A stretch of 28,163 nt of DNA from a virus (lineage: Duplodnaviria; Caudoviricetes). The notes under the pieces were generated by a model, which ran no database searches, was not told where the DNA came from, and worked only from the letters and a program-made list of their open reading frames with translations. Positions 24,601-28,163 of the stretch are shown here, piece by piece. The stretch covers positions 1 through 28,163 of the IMG/VR virus record IMGVR_UViG_3300017978_000121; one strand, given 5' to 3'. Position 1 is the first letter of the stretch. Every line of letters begins with the position of its first letter. Made by a program: the position numbers and the translations under genes.

Positions 24601-24876
24601 AGCATAGCTAGCCGATGTGTTTTTTACTGACAGTCGTGTAAGCAGACAGTGAAAGGCCACGCTCAATCCACGCGATAGAACATAACTAGAACGCTGGCTG
24701 GCAGGAGGGGGGAGGGGTGGGGCCTTGGGCCGCGTGACTGTCACGGGCACCTATCGCAAACAATTTTTATTTTTTTAAAAATATGATATGCCAGCAAACA
24801 GAACCCCGCACGCCTCTCGATGTGAACGGTTACGCGAGCCTAGTAGTGAAGCGCATCACGCGGGGTCACTTTATTT

Positions 24877-24905
24877 TTGCAATCCGGTTTGCAACACACT
24901 ATAGT
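24877..24905 (+). promoter_or_regulatory. Sigma70-like promoter for the terminase operon, probably leaderless
   Basis: TTGCAA-N17-TATAGT, with ATG 7 nt downstream and no SD. Confidence 0.6.
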
Positions 24906-24912
24906 ACGCCCA

Positions 24913-25413
24913 ATGACTTTCTACTCACTACCCTTCACACCAGAACGGACGCAGGCCACAGAGGCGCGGCTAGAGGCAATCTATGAAGCTGCGCGCTACG
25001 GCCTAAAGGGTGACAGCCTTGCGATGGCCGCAGGTCTAACCCCACGCCAATACCGCGTGCTGGCCGACGCTGACCCGCTGGTGGAGATGGCTGAGATCAA
25101 AGGTCGCAGCGACGGCGAGTTCACCGCGGCTAAGACGATGTACGAAGCAGCGCGCGATGGCGACAGTAAAGCTGCGTTGGAAATACTCAAGCATCAGCAC
25201 GGCTGGGTAGCCAAGCAGCAGATTGACGTGAACATCGACCAGCAGATCAGCATTACAGGCGCGCTCGAAAAGGCACAACAGCGCGTCATCGAAGGGACGT
25301 ATCTTGAGATACCCCAGCTAGAGGATAACACACCAAATGCAGCAGCCGATTTACAGCGCATCGGAAGAAATGGAATTGATGTCGCGGCTATGGTCGCCGG
25401 CGATCAAGGATGA
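24913..25413 (+). CDS. Putative terminase small subunit
   Basis: Directly upstream of TerL. HTH-like N-terminus, GDSKAALEILK..HGW, then QIDVNI strand. Confidence 0.7.
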   Translation: MTFYSLPFTPERTQATEARLEAIYEAARYGLKGDSLAMAAGLTPRQYRVLADADPLVEMAEIKGRSDGEFTAAKTMYEAARDGDSKAALEILKHQHGWVAKQQIDVNIDQQISITGALEKAQQRVIEGTYLEIPQLEDNTPNAAADLQRIGRNGIDVAAMVAGDQG

Positions 25414-26863
25414 CCCACTAGCTTTTGTATTGCTGACATTCCCGTGGGGCGAAAAGGGTACGCCGCTGGAGCATTTCCAAGGACCGCGTAAATGGCAGCG
25501 CGAAGTGCTAGGGACGCTACGCGACCACATCAAGCAGAACAACGGCAAGATAGACTATGACACCATGCGGCTGGCGATTGCGTCAGGGCGCGGTATTGGC
25601 AAGTCAGCCTTAGTAAGCTGGCTGACGATATGGATGCTGAGTACCCGCATCGGCAGCACGACCATCGTGTCGGCAAACTCTGAGGCGCAGTTGCGGTCGG
25701 TGACATGGGCAGAAATTACCAAGTGGCTGGCGATGTCGCTGAACAGTCACTGGTTCGAGATAGCCGCCACACGCATCATGCCTGCCAAGTGGCTGACGGA
25801 ACTGGTCGAGCGCGACCTGAAGAAAGGCACGCGCTACTGGTCCGTAGAAGGCCGGCTGTGGTCAGAAGAGAACCCTGACGCCTACGCAGGGGTGCACAAT
25901 TTCGACGGTGTGCTGCTGATCTTCGACGAAGCCAGCGGTATTCCAGATAGCATCTGGTCCGTGTCCGATGGTTTCTTTACAGAGAACACGCCGCACCGCT
26001 TTCATGTCGCCTTTTCCAACCCGCGGCGTAACACGGGCTATTTCTACGAGACATTCCACAGCAAGCGGGCGTTCTGGCAGACGCGCAACATCGACGCGCG
26101 CGAAGTCGAGGGTACAGACAAAAACCTGTACCAGCGCATTATCGACGAATATGGGCCAGACAGCTACCAAGCGCACGTCGAAGTCTTCGGTAAATTCCCC
26201 AGCGAAGGCGATGATCAGTTCATCGGCGTCAATCTGGTGGACGACGCAATGGCACGGCCCAAGTATAAGGACGAAACGGCACCAATTGCTATCGGTGTTG
26301 ACCCTGCACGCTTCGGCGCTGACGCTACCGTCATCGCTGTGCGGCAGGGCCGCGACTTGATCGCCATCAAGCGGCTAAAGGGCGCTGACACGATGGAAGT
26401 GGTCGGCCATGTCATCGAAGCGATAGAGGAATACAAGCCCGCGCTGGTCGTCATCGACGAAGGCGGGCTAGGCGCAGGCATCGTAGACCGGCTGAAAGAG
26501 CAGCGGTACAAGATACGCGGCGTGAACTTCGGCAATAAGGCCATGAAGCAAATGATGTACGGTAACAAACGCGCAGAGATGTGGGGCGCCATGCGAGATT
26601 GGCTGAAGACGGCGCACATACCCAACGACAGGTTCCTGAAAACGGACCTGATAAGCCCGAAGATAAAGCCTGACAGCAAGGGGACGATCTTCCTTGAAAG
26701 CAAGAAGGACATGAAGTCGCGCGGGCTGGCCTCACCAGACGCTGCGGACGCTATTGCGGTGACGTTTGCATTTCCTATCGCACACCGCGAAGCACGCGTT
26801 GACAAGCGACGCATGAGCAGTTATTCTCCGCAAGGAATTTCTACAAGCTGGATGGGTTCGTAA
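25337..26863 (+). CDS. Terminase large subunit
   Basis: Walker A SGRGIGKS, Walker B LLIFDEAS, SNP coupling motif, nuclease IGVDPARFGAD and SPDAADA. GAGGA RBS. Confidence 0.95.
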   Translation: MQQPIYSASEEMELMSRLWSPAIKDDPLAFVLLTFPWGEKGTPLEHFQGPRKWQREVLGTLRDHIKQNNGKIDYDTMRLAIASGRGIGKSALVSWLTIWMLSTRIGSTTIVSANSEAQLRSVTWAEITKWLAMSLNSHWFEIAATRIMPAKWLTELVERDLKKGTRYWSVEGRLWSEENPDAYAGVHNFDGVLLIFDEASGIPDSIWSVSDGFFTENTPHRFHVAFSNPRRNTGYFYETFHSKRAFWQTRNIDAREVEGTDKNLYQRIIDEYGPDSYQAHVEVFGKFPSEGDDQFIGVNLVDDAMARPKYKDETAPIAIGVDPARFGADATVIAVRQGRDLIAIKRLKGADTMEVVGHVIEAIEEYKPALVVIDEGGLGAGIVDRLKEQRYKIRGVNFGNKAMKQMMYGNKRAEMWGAMRDWLKTAHIPNDRFLKTDLISPKIKPDSKGTIFLESKKDMKSRGLASPDAADAIAVTFAFPIAHREARVDKRRMSSYSPQGISTSWMGS

Positions 26864-26865
26864 GA

Positions 26866-27132
26866 ATGGCGGACAAGAAAAAGTCTGTGTCGCTGTCAGT
26901 TGGCCGTGGGGAGAAGCTGTCCGCTGCCAAAGGCGCGGGACTGACTGCCAAGGGCCGTGCGAAGTACAACGCTGCGACAGGCTCGAAGCTAAAAGCGCCA
27001 GCGCCCAACCCGAAGACAAAGGCCGACGCAGGCCGCAAAGCGTCATTTTGTGCCCGCATGGGCGCTGTAGCAGCCAAGGCTAAGGACGGCACCCGCGCCA
27101 AGGCTAGTTTGAAAAGGTGGAATTGCTCATGA
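26866..27132 (+). CDS. Small basic protein (DUF6321-like)
   Basis: GLTAKGRAKYN...RKASFCARM...SLKRWNC, Lys/Ala-rich. Confidence 0.75.
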   Translation: MADKKKSVSLSVGRGEKLSAAKGAGLTAKGRAKYNAATGSKLKAPAPNPKTKADAGRKASFCARMGAVAAKAKDGTRAKASLKRWNCS

Positions 27133-27290
27133 AGCCCGGTCTGTATGCAAATATTCACGCTAAGAAGGCTCGCATAGCGGCTGGATCAGGCGAAAAGATG
27201 CGTAAACCCGGCGCTAAAGGCGCACCAACAGCCAAAGCGTTCAAAGAGAGCGCCAAGACAGCCAAAAAACCATCTAAGAAGGGTAAATAA
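27129..27290 (+). CDS. Small basic protein, 53 aa (not in ORF track)
   Basis: MKPGLYANIHAKKARIAAGSGEKMRKPGAKGAPTAKAFKESAKTAKKPSKKGK*. ATGA overlap. Confidence 0.8.
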   Translation: MKPGLYANIHAKKARIAAGSGEKMRKPGAKGAPTAKAFKESAKTAKKPSKKGK

Positions 27291-27291
27291 T

Positions 27292-27522
27292 ATGCCAGCC
27301 AACAAATTCACCAAAGCATTGTACAAGTCTGGTACTATTAAGGCTGAAAAAGCCGCTATGGCTAACCGCGACCCAGCCCGCGCACGCCGCGCAATGGAAA
27401 GCGTAGCGCGTGAAGGCACGACAAGCGCCGCCGGTGGACGTGCGGCAGTCAAAATGCCAAAGCCAGTGCAAGTCATCCGTACAACGACGATGATGAAGCC
27501 AACACCGACAAAGAAGAAATAA
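27292..27522 (+). CDS. Small basic protein, 76 aa
   Basis: K/R/A/T-rich, ends KKK, tight packing. Confidence 0.7.
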   Translation: MPANKFTKALYKSGTIKAEKAAMANRDPARARRAMESVAREGTTSAAGGRAAVKMPKPVQVIRTTTMMKPTPTKKK

Positions 27523-27524
27523 TC

Positions 27525-27665
27525 ATGCCGCTCGTCAAATCGACAGGCAAAGCCGCGTTTCGCAAGAACATCAAGGCTGAAGTAAAGGCTGGCAAGCCTG
27601 TGAAGCAGGCGGTCGCTATTGCGTACAGCGTCAAGCGGGAAGCCGCTAAAAAGGGCAAGAAATAG
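27525..27665 (+). CDS. Small basic protein, 46 aa (KQAVAIA type; not in ORF track)
   Basis: MPLVKSTGKAAFRKNIKAEVKAGKPVKQAVAIAYSVKREAAKKGKK*. Confidence 0.8.
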   Translation: MPLVKSTGKAAFRKNIKAEVKAGKPVKQAVAIAYSVKREAAKKGKK

Positions 27666-27668
27666 CAC

Positions 27669-28163
27669 ATGGCTGATCCTACAGGCATCAATACGGCAGG
27701 CAAAGTCGCCAACGTAGGCTCTAACGCGCCAAAAACGACCGGCGACGACCATGACAAGATGGCAACCATGCGGTCGCGCCTGCAAATGGCGCAGGCTGCG
27801 TACTCGGACAGCCGTGAAGACGAACTGGACGACCTGCGGTTTATGGCAGGCAGCCCTGACAACCAGTGGCAGTGGCCTGCTGACGTGTTGGCGACCCGCG
27901 GAAGCGTCCAAGGGCAGACAATTAACGCGCGTCCATGCTTGACAATTAACAAATTGCCGCAGCACGTCCGTCAAGTTACCAACGAACAGCGTCAAAACCG
28001 CCCTAGCGGTAAGGTCATCCCAGCCGACGACAATGCTGACGTGCAAGTGGCAGAGATTTTCAACGGTGTGGTGCGCCACATCGAATATATGTCAGACGCC
28101 GACGTTGCATATGACACCGCCTGCGACAACCAAGTCACCTACGGCGAAGGTTATATCCGCCTG
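27669..28163 (+). CDS. Portal protein, P22-like (partial, runs off window)
   Basis: DDLRFMAG...QW, RPCLTINKLPQHVRQVTNEQRQNRP and ADVAYDTA......GEGYIR. Confidence 0.92.
   Translation, partial: MADPTGINTAGKVANVGSNAPKTTGDDHDKMATMRSRLQMAQAAYSDSREDELDDLRFMAGSPDNQWQWPADVLATRGSVQGQTINARPCLTINKLPQHVRQVTNEQRQNRPSGKVIPADDNADVQVAEIFNGVVRHIEYMSDADVAYDTACDNQVTYGEGYIRL

Larger units (their letters stand above)
1..28163. mobile_element. Near-complete P22/APSE-like podovirus (Caudoviricetes) genome, circularly permuted
   Basis: Continuous phage gene set: capsid end, gp4, gp10, ejection proteins, endolysin, PolA replication module, terminase, portal. No host housekeeping genes. Confidence 0.95.

Noticed and set aside
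24783-24986. 67-aa ORF and TTG start at 24877 for terS
   Set aside because: No RBS, and both overlap the promoter and predicted RNA structure. ATG 24913 fits better.
27186-28079. 297-aa minus-strand ORF and similar long antisense ORFs (e.g. 8778-9554, 26215-26814)
   Set aside because: Shadows of GC-rich plus-strand genes, with no motifs or RBS.
1-28163. Integrase/att site, CI repressor, tRNA, reverse transcriptase or DGR
   Set aside because: No matching motifs, cloverleaf or template/variable repeat pair seen by eye. Small or divergent cases cannot be excluded without a search.

Overview
The window is almost a whole circularly permuted genome of a small P22/APSE-like podovirus. It runs from the 3' end of the major capsid gene to the 5' part of the portal gene. 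The host is probably an alphaproteobacterium (inferred from a GcrA-like HTH gene and promoter style). Modules in order: capsid end and putative decoration genes; gp4/gp10/tail-needle-like genes; a 2OG-Fe(II) hydroxylase plus GNAT pair; three ejection proteins; an M15 endolysin lysis cassette; a leftward VRR-NUC/SNF2/DUF3310 operon; a rightward replication operon (Cas4-like exonuclease, SSB, HNH, PolA, primase-helicase); a leftward early region of small genes including a beta-clamp-like protein; an ~840 bp repeat-rich noncoding control region; TerS/TerL; four basic miniproteins; portal. No integrase, CI-type repressor or tailspike is visible. The top observation is a putative ~65-nt two-hairpin small RNA (19845-19911) with its own sigma70-like promoter and terminator. 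Its two loops (UUGCUCC and UCCUCACUC) are complementary to translation-initiation regions of the phage's own replication and early genes. The primase-helicase start region carries both seeds. This suggests an undescribed two-seed antisense-RNA regulon. All family calls come from motif recognition by eye, not database searches.
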